From contig OY759726.1 of assembly GCA_963662625.1 (NCBI GenBank), positions 1,184,001-1,248,000 of the forward strand: a stretch of 64,000 nucleotides of DNA, in the 5' to 3' direction. The position numbers were made by a program, and so were the translations under genes. Origin of the DNA: Nitrosopumilus sp. GTDB taxonomy: Archaea > Thermoproteota > Nitrososphaeria > Nitrososphaerales > Nitrosopumilaceae. Below are positions 37,260-47,028 of this stretch, in pieces. The notes under the pieces were generated by a model, which ran no database searches, was not told where the DNA came from, and saw nothing but the letters and a program-made list of their open reading frames with translations. Numbering within the stretch: the stretch's first letter is position 1; each line of letters starts with the position of its first letter.

Positions 37260-37311
37260 CCGCGGCCGGCAGGCGCCGCGCCTCCCAAGTCTTAAATCCG
37301 GCAGGGCCCCC

Positions 37312-38541
37312 GTGAAAGCGTTGATCGACGCGCGCGTGCTTGCCGCACTGTCAGCTGCGGCACTGTCAGCTGCCTCGCTGTCGGCGGCCGCGCTGCCGCC
37401 GGCGTTCGGGGAGGGGATCCCGGACTATGGAAAGCCCTACTCCCCCATATTTACCGACAAGCCGGCGTATTCCTGGACCGACAAGATCCGCGTGAAGATC
37501 GTCGCGCCGAGCTGGAACGCGAGCAGCCACATGGTGGACTCGATAGGGGGCACCGACACGCACCCGATAAAGATATCCACGCGGGGGCATTCCCTGGAGC
37601 CGTACCGGTTTGCGGAGACGGGCCCCGACTCCGGGGTGTTTGCCGCCGAGGTGACCCTGACCGGGTTCCTGCACGACGCCGACGGGGACGGAGACTTTGA
37701 CACTGCCCCGCGCACCGCCGGGCGGGGCCCCACGGGCGGGTTTCTGGAGGCAGACCGCGGCTCGGCGGTGACGATATCATTCGAGTTCGCCGACGGCGTG
37801 GTGGTCGCGGAGTCCGTCCCGGTGCGGTGGAACGTGGGCGCGGTCGAGTTTTCAAGCGGCCGGTACCTCCCGGGCGAGCAGGCCCGGATCACGGTGGTTG
37901 ATCCCGACATGAACCTGGATCCCGAGGCGATCGATCGGGTGCGGGTGCGGGTGTCCTCCGACTCCGACGCCGCGGGAACGGACCTGGACGCGACCGAGAC
38001 CGGCGAGGGCTCCGGGACGTTCGTGGGGAGCCTCTCCTTCACGCAGAGCAGCCCCACGAGCGGAGCCGTGCTGCATGCTGTTCCCGGGGACGCCGTGTAT
38101 GCCAGGTATGACGACCACACGCTGCCCGAGCCCAGCCCCAAATCGGACAGCCTCGCCGTGGGTGCCACGGCAAGGCTGGATCCGGCCGCTGCCCCCACGG
38201 ACAGGGTCACGAACTCCGGGATCCACTTTGCGGACGGCTCGGGAACGCGCGCCACGGAATTCTCGCCGGCCGACCATGTCCAGATCGTCGGGACGCTGGC
38301 CAACGGCCAGGGGTTTTCGCAGCCGTCGGTGTACCTGTTCCAGGTGAAGGACGAATCCGGCATCGTCGTGTCGATCTCCTGGATCCAGGTGGATCTTGCG
38401 CCGGGCCAGGACCTGGCAGTCTCCCAGTCGTGGATGCCGAAGGATCCGGGGACCTACCTGGTCGAGACGTTCGTATGGGACTCGCTCTCCAGAATGTCCC
38501 CCCTGGCGCCGCCGGCGTCGGCGTCGCTCCTTGTGGGATAG
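37312..38541 (+). CDS. Secreted S-layer-related Ig-fold protein
   Basis: Signal peptide; ETGPDSGVF, DPDMNLDP and ETGEGSGTF motifs; C-terminal SWI...SQSWMP...FVW domain resembling the thaumarchaeal S-layer C-terminus. Confidence 0.8.
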   Translation: MKALIDARVLAALSAAALSAASLSAAALPPAFGEGIPDYGKPYSPIFTDKPAYSWTDKIRVKIVAPSWNASSHMVDSIGGTDTHPIKISTRGHSLEPYRFAETGPDSGVFAAEVTLTGFLHDADGDGDFDTAPRTAGRGPTGGFLEADRGSAVTISFEFADGVVVAESVPVRWNVGAVEFSSGRYLPGEQARITVVDPDMNLDPEAIDRVRVRVSSDSDAAGTDLDATETGEGSGTFVGSLSFTQSSPTSGAVLHAVPGDAVYARYDDHTLPEPSPKSDSLAVGATARLDPAAAPTDRVTNSGIHFADGSGTRATEFSPADHVQIVGTLANGQGFSQPSVYLFQVKDESGIVVSISWIQVDLAPGQDLAVSQSWMPKDPGTYLVETFVWDSLSRMSPLAPPASASLLVG

Positions 38542-38866
38542 GCCGCAGGGGAGCCGGCTGGCGCCCGGGCCGGGGGAAAGCGCCTCCCCCTGGCGCACGC
38601 GCGCCGCCCCGCCCTCGTGGGCAATCCCTGCCCGTGGCGCATGCGCCCATCAGGGCGCCCCGCCCGCCCAGCCGCGCGTTCACGCGCGTTTGCAGCCGGA
38701 TGGGCAGGCCGCCGCGCTAGTCGGGCGGGCGCCCCGCCCGCCCAGTCGCGCTGGGCCCGCCCCCGCGGTGGCCGGAGCCGCGCATGCAAACCCAGTGCCC
38801 CCCGCGCCGGGCAGGAGCGCGGCTGCGCCACAAAGCTATAAATCCCCACCAAGACGACCGATATGG

Positions 38867-39187
38867 ATGCCAGCAAACAAGGTGTTGGAAAAACTCCTGA
38901 AGGACGCCCTGAAGGAGGACGCGGTAACGGTGGGCGCCAGGCAGGTGCTGAACTCGGTGGGCGATTCCAAGCTGGTCATAGTCTCCCAGTCCGTCGGAAA
39001 GGAGATGCTCGGGCAGATAGAGTCGCACGCAAAGAAGGCGAACACGCCGCTGGTAAACTTCCGGGGGACCTCGGTCGCGCTGGGCAAGCTGTGCGGCCTG
39101 CAATTCAGGATATCGACGCTGTCGTTTACCTCGCTGCCCGACGCGAGCGTCCAGTCGATCCTAAAGGAGGCCGGGGAGGAGAAATGA
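38867..39187 (+). CDS. rpl30e: 50S ribosomal protein eL30 (L7Ae/L30e family)
   Basis: FRGTSVALGKLCG motif; upstream of nusA-rps12-rps7; TATAAAT about 25 bp upstream. Confidence 0.92.
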   Translation: MPANKVLEKLLKDALKEDAVTVGARQVLNSVGDSKLVIVSQSVGKEMLGQIESHAKKANTPLVNFRGTSVALGKLCGLQFRISTLSFTSLPDASVQSILKEAGEEK

Positions 39188-39248
39188 CGGCCGCCCCGAA
39201 TGAAAGTTTAAATGAGACACGTTTTTTTGGTGATAGAAAGGTATTCTG

Positions 39249-39713
39249 ATGACACAATCTATCAAGCTAACAACAGACCAAATGCGCATGATGTCACTTT
39301 TCCAGAGCGTTACCGGCGCGACCGCCCGGGATTTCTTTGAGGATGAAAACCAGGACCGCGTGACGTTCGTGGTCAACTCCGGGAAGATGGGGCTCGCGAT
39401 AGGCAAGGGAGGCATCCACATAAAGTCCCTGCAGAACATCCTGAAGAAAAGCGTCGATCTGGTGGAGTTCGATGACGATCCCGGGAAATTCCTGTCCAAC
39501 CTGCTCAACCCGAAGCTGGTCTCCGAGGTCAAGGTAAGCACGCGCGAGGACGGCTCAAAGCAGGCGATAGTGCTGGTGGATCCGAGGAAGAAGGGCCTCG
39601 TCGTCGGGCGGGACGGCAGGAACGCGGAGAAGGCGCGGCTGCTGGCCAAGCGGTACTTCGGCATTGCCAGCGTATTCATCAACAGCCCCGAAAAGGCGAC
39701 ACTGGAACTGTAG
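39249..39713 (+). CDS. nusA: Archaeal NusA-like KH-domain transcription factor
   Basis: AIGKGG and VVGRDG KH motifs; conserved synteny. Confidence 0.95.
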   Translation: MTQSIKLTTDQMRMMSLFQSVTGATARDFFEDENQDRVTFVVNSGKMGLAIGKGGIHIKSLQNILKKSVDLVEFDDDPGKFLSNLLNPKLVSEVKVSTREDGSKQAIVLVDPRKKGLVVGRDGRNAEKARLLAKRYFGIASVFINSPEKATLEL

Positions 39714-39716
39714 GAA

Positions 39717-40154
39717 ATGACCAAGTCACCCCTAGGCTTATTTGCTGGCAGAGTGCTCATCTCGAAGAGGAAGAGGCAGAGGTGGGCGATCTCCAGGTAC
39801 AAGCGGAGGGAGCTCGGGATCGACAAGAAGGCCGACCCGCTGGGCGGGGCCCCGCAGGGCCGCGGGATCGTCCTTGAGAAGGTGGGCATCGCCGCAAAGC
39901 AGCCAAACTCCGCGGTCAGGAAGTGCGTGCGCGTCCAGCTGATCAAGAACGGCAAGACGGTCACCGCGTTCCTGCCGCGTGACGGCGCGATGAACTTCAT
40001 CGACGAGCACGACGAGGTCCACATACAGGGGATGGGGGCGACGCAGGGCGGCGCGATGGGGGACCTCCCGGGCGTCCGGTTCAAGGTATTCAAGGTAAAC
40101 GGCACGTCGCTGCACGAGCTGGTCATAGGCAAGAAGGAGAAGCCGAGGAGATAG
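39717..40154 (+). CDS. rps12: 30S ribosomal protein uS12
   Basis: [16 protein letters not shown] and GDLPGVRF motifs. Confidence 0.98.
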   Translation: MTKSPLGLFAGRVLISKRKRQRWAISRYKRRELGIDKKADPLGGAPQGRGIVLEKVGIAAKQPNSAVRKCVRVQLIKNGKTVTAFLPRDGAMNFIDEHDEVHIQGMGATQGGAMGDLPGVRFKVFKVNGTSLHELVIGKKEKPRR

Positions 40155-40157
40155 CTG

Positions 40158-40757
40158 ATGGCGCAGACAAAAAACCTCCTGTTGTTCCGCAAGTGGGACA
40201 TGTCCTACATCGAGATCCGCGACCCGGGGCTGAAGACCGCCATATCCCTGAAGAAGCAGATCCTGCCGTACACCTACGGGCGCTCGGCGCTGAAGAGGTT
40301 CAACAAGGCGGACGTCAACATAGTGGAGCGCCTCTGCAACAAGGTGATGCATTTTGGCAAGAAGTACGCAAAGAACACCGGGAGGATGTCGGGCAAAAAG
40401 CCCAGGGTCATGAACACCGTAAGGCTGGCGTTTGACCTCATATCGATAAAGACTGGCAAGAACCCCGTGGAGGTGCTGGTTAGGGCCGTGGAGTTTTCGG
40501 CCCCAAACGAGGACACCACCAGGATCGTCTACGGCGGCACGGTATACCACGTGTCAGTCGACGTCGCCCCCATACGCAGGGTGGACTTGGCGCTCCGGTT
40601 CATCGCCGACGCGATCAAGGAGGCCACGTTCTCCAACCCGAAGCCCATAGAGGAGCACATGGCCGAGCAGCTTATCCTGGCAGCCTCAAACGATCCGGGC
40701 GCCCCGTCCGTGAAGAAGAAGCACGAGCTGGAAAGGATAGCGCAGGCCTCGCGCTAG
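40158..40757 (+). CDS. rps7: 30S ribosomal protein uS7
   Basis: NPVEVLVRA...VDVAPIRRVD...ELERIAQASR. Confidence 0.98.
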   Translation: MAQTKNLLLFRKWDMSYIEIRDPGLKTAISLKKQILPYTYGRSALKRFNKADVNIVERLCNKVMHFGKKYAKNTGRMSGKKPRVMNTVRLAFDLISIKTGKNPVEVLVRAVEFSAPNEDTTRIVYGGTVYHVSVDVAPIRRVDLALRFIADAIKEATFSNPKPIEEHMAEQLILAASNDPGAPSVKKKHELERIAQASR

Positions 40758-40777
40758 GGCGATCCGGCAGGGGCGGG

Positions 40778-43276
40778 TCACGGCACGAAGTACTCGGCCT
40801 CCGGGTGGTGCACGACCATGGCGGCAGTCGACTGCTCCGGGACTATCTGCCCCGCGTCGGTCAGGGTCATGCCGGACTCCTCGGGCGCAAGCAGCTCCCA
40901 GACCAGCCTGTGCTGCGCCGTGTCCGGGCAGCTGGGGTACCCCCAGCTGTAGCGCAGCCCGCCCTTGCCGGAGATCCCCCACTCGCCCTTGATCCTCGCG
41001 TTGATCCACGCGGCCATCCCCTCCGCGAACTCCACGGCGAGCCCGTGGAGGTAGTACGCGTCGGAGTACCTGCCGCCCTCGTTCCACTCCGTTATGGTCC
41101 TGGCGACCCTGTCCCCCACGGTCACCGCCTGGAACGCCACCACGTCCTCCCCCCCGAAATAGTCTGCCAGGCACAGGTGCCTGGGCTTCGTGGATCGTGG
41201 GAAATCAAACACGAGCTGCCCGCCCCTCGGCCGGTCTACCGCAAGCCCGTCGCCCCGCGCGTGGCACCCAAAGTACCCGTATACCGCCGTCGGCTCGAAG
41301 AGGCCCTCCTCCAGGATGCGCTCCTTCCACCGGACGAACAGCCTCTCGTGCTCCTCCTCCTGCTCCATGCCAGCCCGCCCCCGCAGGCCCCATGAGAGCT
41401 TGAACAGGGACTTTTTGTCGATCATCTCCCATACCTCCGCGGCGTCGATCTCCGACGGGCCGAGGCGCACGGGGGAGTTGATGCGCGGGGGGGCCGGAGG
41501 CTCGACCGGGACCACGCTGCTTCTCGGGACGTCCGCCTCCGGGGCGCTCGGCGCCGGCGCGTCCTTCCACCTTTCCAGCTTCTCCCTCCAGGAACGCAGC
41601 AGCAGCTGCCTTTCGTCTGACGCCAGGCCGTCCATGGTCTTGAGGCCGTCAAACATGGTGTTGCAGTAAAAGACTCCGGGCTCGTACACGCCGCCCTTCC
41701 TCGCAATCCTGTTTATGAAGTTCGTGTTGATCGCGGCGCCGCCGCACAGGATCGGTATGGTCATGCCGCTCTTCCTCGCGTGGTCCACGAAGAGTTCCAT
41801 CTGCTTTGACGTGGACACGAGCAGCGCGGAGAGCCCCACCGCGTCGGCGCCCACCTCGTCGATCTTGTCGAGGAACTTCTGCATCGGCACCTGCTTGCCC
41901 AGATCGTAGACCGAGTACCCGTTGTTCTCGAAGATCGTCTTTACGAGGTTCTTGCCGATGTCGTGCACGTCGCCGTAGACCGTCCCCAGGACGAGCTTCC
42001 CCTTCGTGGATCCCTCCTCCCTTACGAGGTACTTCTCGAGCTCGGCCACCGCCGCCTTCATGCACTCCGCGGACTTTAGCACGAACGGCAGGATCAGCTC
42101 GCCCGCGCCGAACTTGTCGCCCACCTCCTTCATGGCGGGCAGCAGGTCCTCGTTCAGCGTGGCGATGGCGCCGTCGTGCGTGGCCTCCCTGGGCTCGTCG
42201 ATGGACAGCCTCCCGTCGCCCGAGATCGATCCCGGCCTTGAGATCCTCTCGGCTATCGCCATGACGACGTCGTTTTCTATCCCGTCCCTCAGCCGGTTCA
42301 CGATCCTGAAGTTGGCCCTCCTCCCGGCGGGCCAGGAGGGGTCCACGTCGGCCTTCTTCTTGGCGCCGCCCCCCCCGGCGCCCGCCTTTTCAAAGTGCGC
42401 CACGAGCTCCGGCAGCGCGTCGGGGCGGGAGTTGAAGATCAGGTCCTCGGCGAGCCCGCGCTCCCTCCCGCCGACGTCGCCGTACGGGACGATCTCCTTG
42501 GAGTTCACGATGGCGGTGTCCAGCCCGTGCCTGACCGCGTGGTGCAGGAACACCGAGTTGAGGATCTTCCTTGCGTGGGGGGCCAGGCCGAAGCTTATGT
42601 TGCTGAGCCCGAGGGTCGTGAACGACCCCGGGAAGCGCTCCTTCACCCCCTTTATCCCCTCCAGCGTGTTTATCCCGGCGTTCAGGAACTCCTCCTGGCC
42701 GGTCGCCAGGGTGAACGTGAGCACGTCGAAGATGAACTGTTCGGGCCCCAGGCCGTGCCTCTTCCCGGCCTCGTGGAGCAGCCCCGCGGTCTCCACCTTC
42801 TCGTCGACCGTCTTTGCCATCCCGCCTGGCCCTATGCACAGCGCGATGGCCGGCACGCCGTACCTTGCCATCAGCGGGGCGAGCCTCTCGAACCTGCTCC
42901 CGTCCCCCTCCAGGTTGATCGAGTTGATCACGGGCCTTCCCGGGATCTGCAGCACGGCGGCCTCTATGACGGCGGGATCGGTCGAGTCGATCACCAGCGG
43001 CGCGTCGATCTCCAGGCTGAGCGCCTTCACCAGCCTGGTCATGAACTCCTTCTCGTCGGCGCGCTCGGTGGTGGCCACGCATACGTCCAGGCAGTGGGCA
43101 CCGTTCTCCACCTGATCGCGGGCCAGGTCCACCAGTCCGTCGAGGTCGCCGTTTAGCACCAGCTCCTTGGCCCTCCTAGAGCCCTGGGTGTTCAGGCGCT
43201 CCCCGATGATCATGGGGGGAGGCTCCTGCCTGATGTCCACTGCCTTCAATGCCGAGCTTACCCTGGGAACTGCCAA
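40778..43276 (-). CDS. metH: Cobalamin-dependent methionine synthase, pterin/B12-binding/reactivation part
   Basis: IIGERLN, GDVHDIGKNLV and RYSWGYPSCPD motifs. Confidence 0.95.
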   Translation of the reverse strand: MAVPRVSSALKAVDIRQEPPPMIIGERLNTQGSRRAKELVLNGDLDGLVDLARDQVENGAHCLDVCVATTERADEKEFMTRLVKALSLEIDAPLVIDSTDPAVIEAAVLQIPGRPVINSINLEGDGSRFERLAPLMARYGVPAIALCIGPGGMAKTVDEKVETAGLLHEAGKRHGLGPEQFIFDVLTFTLATGQEEFLNAGINTLEGIKGVKERFPGSFTTLGLSNISFGLAPHARKILNSVFLHHAVRHGLDTAIVNSKEIVPYGDVGGRERGLAEDLIFNSRPDALPELVAHFEKAGAGGGGAKKKADVDPSWPAGRRANFRIVNRLRDGIENDVVMAIAERISRPGSISGDGRLSIDEPREATHDGAIATLNEDLLPAMKEVGDKFGAGELILPFVLKSAECMKAAVAELEKYLVREEGSTKGKLVLGTVYGDVHDIGKNLVKTIFENNGYSVYDLGKQVPMQKFLDKIDEVGADAVGLSALLVSTSKQMELFVDHARKSGMTIPILCGGAAINTNFINRIARKGGVYEPGVFYCNTMFDGLKTMDGLASDERQLLLRSWREKLERWKDAPAPSAPEADVPRSSVVPVEPPAPPRINSPVRLGPSEIDAAEVWEMIDKKSLFKLSWGLRGRAGMEQEEEHERLFVRWKERILEEGLFEPTAVYGYFGCHARGDGLAVDRPRGGQLVFDFPRSTKPRHLCLADYFGGEDVVAFQAVTVGDRVARTITEWNEGGRYSDAYYLHGLAVEFAEGMAAWINARIKGEWGISGKGGLRYSWGYPSCPDTAQHRLVWELLAPEESGMTLTDAGQIVPEQSTAAMVVHHPEAEYFVP

Positions 43277-43308
43277 CTGCGTACCCTTGCCGTGATTTTT
43301 CTAAATAC

Positions 43309-44277
43309 TTAACCCTTGGCAGGATCGACCATTTCGTCAATTACTTTGCGCAGCGCCCTGATGTGGTCCGGGCCAGTCCCGCAGCACCCGCCGACGATCC
43401 TCACCCTGCCGTAGCTGCGCATAAAGTCGCCCAGCGCCCCCGCCATGTCCCCGGGGGTCATCTTGTAGACTGCCCTCCCGCCCTGGTTTTCCGGCATGCC
43501 CGCATTCGGGACGACCAGCAGGTCGTGCGCCTGGTCGTCGAGCCACCTCACGCTGGGCGTCATCTCGACGGGCCCCGTGGAGCAGTTCAGGCCGAAGACG
43601 TCGATCCCCATGCCCGACACCGTGGTGTACGCGGCCTGGATGCCGGTTCCCAGCAGCATCTTGCCGTACTGGTCCAGCGTGACGTTGGCGATGACGGGGA
43701 CCCTCCTTGCCGTCTTTTCGGCCGCGTTATGGCACGCCTCGATCGCGAGCTTCACCTCCAGTATGTCCTGGCTCGTCTCGATCAGCAGCGCGTCCACGCC
43801 GCCGCGGATCAGCCCCTCTGCCTGCAGCTCGAACGCCCGGCGGATGTCGCCCAGCGGCACCTGCCCCAGGTCAGGATCGTTGGAGCTGGGCAGGTAGCCG
43901 GAGGGGCCCATGGAGCCTATGGCGTACCGGGGCCCCTGGCACTCCGAGCAGGCCCTGGCGGCCAGCTTCGCGATCTTCTCGTTGAGGCCCACGGTCTGGT
44001 CGCCAAAGCCGTACTCGGCGAGCTTTATCCCGTTTGACCCGAAGGAGTTCGTCTCTATGCAGTCGGCCCCCGCCTCCAGGTAACTGCGGTGTACCTGCAT
44101 GATCCACTCCGGGCGGGTGATCGCCAGCCCGTCGTTGAACCCGTCCGCGCCGCCCGGAAAGTCCTCTGGCCTGGGATCGAGCTTTTGGATCTCCGTCCCC
44201 ATGGCCCCGTCAAAGAGCAGGATCCTGTCCTTCATCGCGGACAGGAACGGTTCCTTTTCAGGCAAGGCAGCATTCAA
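43309..44277 (-). CDS. metH: Methionine synthase homocysteine-binding domain (split MetH)
   Basis: DGAMGT, GLNCSTG, PNAGMP and GGCCGT motifs; TTG start inferred. Confidence 0.93.
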   Translation of the reverse strand: MNAALPEKEPFLSAMKDRILLFDGAMGTEIQKLDPRPEDFPGGADGFNDGLAITRPEWIMQVHRSYLEAGADCIETNSFGSNGIKLAEYGFGDQTVGLNEKIAKLAARACSECQGPRYAIGSMGPSGYLPSSNDPDLGQVPLGDIRRAFELQAEGLIRGGVDALLIETSQDILEVKLAIEACHNAAEKTARRVPVIANVTLDQYGKMLLGTGIQAAYTTVSGMGIDVFGLNCSTGPVEMTPSVRWLDDQAHDLLVVPNAGMPENQGGRAVYKMTPGDMAGALGDFMRSYGRVRIVGGCCGTGPDHIRALRKVIDEMVDPAKG

Positions 44278-44293
44278 ACGGCCGCGCCGCCGT

Positions 44294-45309
44294 TTAACTC
44301 TTTTCAGCCCGGCGACGAACGGCGCCAAAGCACCGCGCCGCGCCTACGTCAAGAATTTTGTTTACCATGGATTCGTATGTGTATCCTGCAGCTTTTGCGG
44401 CGTAAAAGAATGGGCCGCCCAGGCCAATGCCTGCCATGGAGTTCAACTCAAGGACGTAAAAGCCGTCGTCCTTGCCCATCCTGATGTCGGCCCGGGCGTA
44501 GTCATCAAGGCCCAGAGACGTAAACGCGTTGGTGCACAGCTGCCCCAGCTCCTCCGTCTTTTGTTTGGATAGGGGCGCGGGACACGTCTTGTCTGCACCG
44601 CCCTTCCTGGCCTTGATGCTCGTTGTCTGTATTTTGTCTGGGCCTCCAAGATTTATTTCCACAACGGGTAGAACCTCAAGGTTTGGGGAGTTTCCTATCA
44701 TGCCCACCGCAAACTCCCTGCCTGGGACGAACTGTTCTGCCAGCGCGTCCTGCTGGTACTTGTCAATCTGTTTTTTGGCCGCAACCCTGAGATCGTCCCA
44801 GTTGCGCGCAATCTCTATGCCCATGGATATGGATTCCATTCTTGGCTTTACGATTACCGGGAAAACCAGATCGTCGAACGTGTCTTCGGGTGTTTTAAAG
44901 ACCCAAAAGCCGGGGTCGGCATGTTGTTCCGTTGCAACACGATTTTGGCCATGGCCTTGTCTTGGGCTATGGCGTGTCCTGCCGGTCCTGACCCCGTGTA
45001 GGGAATGCCCAGCATCTCCATCATGGCAGGAACGTGCGTATACCTGTTCCGTCCCTGCATGCCGTATGCCATGTTAAACACCATTCCTGGATTTTCGCCT
45101 TCAGCTGCCTTGGGCATGAATTCGCGCAGCTCGCCTGCGAGGTTGATGCCTGCCTTGATGGACTTGATTGTGTGCCCCCCCTTCTCCAAGGCCCGCGCTA
45201 CCACTTCGACTGCCTCGGGGCTGTAATGTTCATTGTTGGGCATTCCAGAGACGTTGATTACGTCTTCTGGCCGTATGCGTTGATCGTTGTAGACTAGTGC
45301 CACCTTCAA
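44294..45309 (-). pseudogene. D-Ala-D-Ala-ligase-like ATP-grasp gene, frameshifted near 44912-44915
   Basis: N-part VFNMAYG...IPYTGSG...QDKAMAK; C-part FPVIVKP.MESISMG, EQFVPGRE, ARADIR, LELNS in another frame; lower GC than its neighbours. Confidence 0.8.
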
Positions 45310-45454
45310 CCCAGTGGCCCCTCCTTGCAGGTCGCCAGCCGCACGGCAGCGCAAGCGGCGGCGCGTTCCTTGTAAGGGGGTTGGGTGGGGGCTGCCCCGC
45401 GTGCGGCAGCGGATCCCTTGCCGCGCGTGGGTTCGCCCCCGTCCAGGGGAGCTC

Positions 45455-45810
45455 CACCGCCCCCATCATCCTGTCCACGGGGCGCCCCGACCTGAACATT
45501 ATGAAGGTCGGGATCGACTGCACCCCGAACCTCGCCGCGACTTCCTGGTTCCGGTCAACGTTCACCCTCGCGAACCTTACCCCCGGGTACTTCCTCGACA
45601 GGCTCTCGAACACCGGGTGCATCATCTTGCACGGGCCGCACCACTCGGCCCAAAAGTCCACCAGCGTGGGGCCCTCTGCGGAGACTGCCCGGTCAAAGTC
45701 CCGGCCGTCGAGGTCCGCGACGCCGGGCTCCGCGGGAGCCGGTTCTGCTGCCTCAGCATCTCCTCCAGCTTCCCCTGCTTTATCCTCTCGATCTCCGGAT
45801 CCTCGGCCAT
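45455..45810 (-). pseudogene. trxA: Thioredoxin, frameshifted near 45735-45745 with apparently replaced C-terminus
   Basis: MAEDPEIERIK leader in one frame and DFWAEWCGPC...SIPT...MMGAV in another; after GAV the sequence is unrelated low-complexity. Confidence 0.75.
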
Positions 45811-45940
45811 GCCACTCCTAACGTGGCGCTCTCTTAATCTGTGTTGCCTTCGGCCCTCCAAAAGCTGCCCGGATCCGGCGCCCGGGGCACGTCCCGGCGG
45901 GCCGCGCGCGGATCATGGGCGCGCCTGGCCGCCGCGCGCG

Positions 45941-46217
45941 CTAGCGCCCCCTCCCGGGCACCTTCCAGTTCCCGTCTACCACGCACGCGTCGCACTTTCT
46001 CTTCCCCATGCCTGTCCCAATGCTTGTCTTTCTCATCCTCTCCTGTCACCTCCTTTCGGATGCCTGGCGGGCCGGAAGCTGCACACGCCCACCAGGGCGC
46101 GAAGCCCAGTCACACGGCAGCCCGGATTGTCCCATTCAACAGAAAGGGCGCATGCCCACACCGTACAAGGGGCCGGTCCATCGGGGCAACTACGCCTGGG
46201 TGGTTATCATGTGTTCA
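45941..46217 (-). mobile_element. Truncated relic of the same IS110 family (left end + 31 codons of transposase)
   Basis: Reverse complement aligns with 10292-10565; reads MRKTSIGTGMGKRKCDACVVDGNWKVPGRGR*, with the catalytic Asp changed to Gly. Confidence 0.95.
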
Positions 46218-46260
46218 AGATGGTCCAATATTTAACACAGTAACTACGCCAACAGGGCCG

Positions 46261-47028
46261 TCACCGCAGCCCCCACCTGGCCATCACCTTGTTCTCCAGC
46301 CTCGCGAACACGACGCCGTCGACGATCAGGCCGATTCCCATTATGACCAGCATTATCGCGATCACCTGCGAGACGTCGTTCAGGGAGCGGCCGGCATGCA
46401 GCAGGAAGCCCAGCCCCAGGTAGGAGAACAGCAGTTCGGCGCCGATGACCCCCCTCCACGCGAAGGCCCACCCCTGCTTGAAGCCCGAGATCATGTACGG
46501 GAACGCGGCGGGGATCAGCACGCTGGTTACGAGCTGCCCCCCCCTCGCGCCCATGTTCCGCGCGGCCTCGATATAGTCCGGATCGATGTTCTTGACTCCC
46601 GTGTACGTGTTGATCGTCACCGCGAATATGGCCCCTATCGCCACGACGAAGACTATCCCCACGTCGCCGAACCCGAACCAGAGGATCGCAAGCGGCACCC
46701 ACGCTATCGACGGGATCGACTGGAGCCCGAGGACCATGGAGCCGATGGTCTGGTTGACGACCTCCACCCTGGCCATGAAGATTCCCATCACCATGCCCCC
46801 GGCGATGGCCACCGCCAGCCCTAGCGAGAGGCGCCACATGCTGGTCGCCATGCCGTAGAACAGGCTCCCGTCCGCGGCGCTGTATGCCAGGTCCTCTGCC
46901 ACCTCGTACGGGGACGGGAAGATGTTGCTGGGCCAGACCCCGGATGCCGCAACGGCCTGCCAGACGGCGATTATCCCCACGTAGAACGCGATCCTCTTTG
47001 CCGTGTAGTTCTTTGCCACGCCGCTCAC
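46261..47028 (-). CDS. ABC transporter permease (SsuC/TauC/NitT family)
   Basis: IPSIAWVP and YIEAARNMGA EAA motif. Confidence 0.93.
   Translation of the reverse strand: MSGVAKNYTAKRIAFYVGIIAVWQAVAASGVWPSNIFPSPYEVAEDLAYSAADGSLFYGMATSMWRLSLGLAVAIAGGMVMGIFMARVEVVNQTIGSMVLGLQSIPSIAWVPLAILWFGFGDVGIVFVVAIGAIFAVTINTYTGVKNIDPDYIEAARNMGARGGQLVTSVLIPAAFPYMISGFKQGWAFAWRGVIGAELLFSYLGLGFLLHAGRSLNDVSQVIAIMLVIMGIGLIVDGVVFARLENKVMARWGLR

Noticed and set aside
40778-44277. Split metH as a pseudogene
   Set aside because: The break is at a natural domain boundary, both ORFs have intact motifs, and split MetH is known
45941-46217. IS110 copy pair as a DGR TR/VR pair
   Set aside because: Changes are both A>G and T>C on the same strand, there is no RT gene, and homology follows IS boundaries
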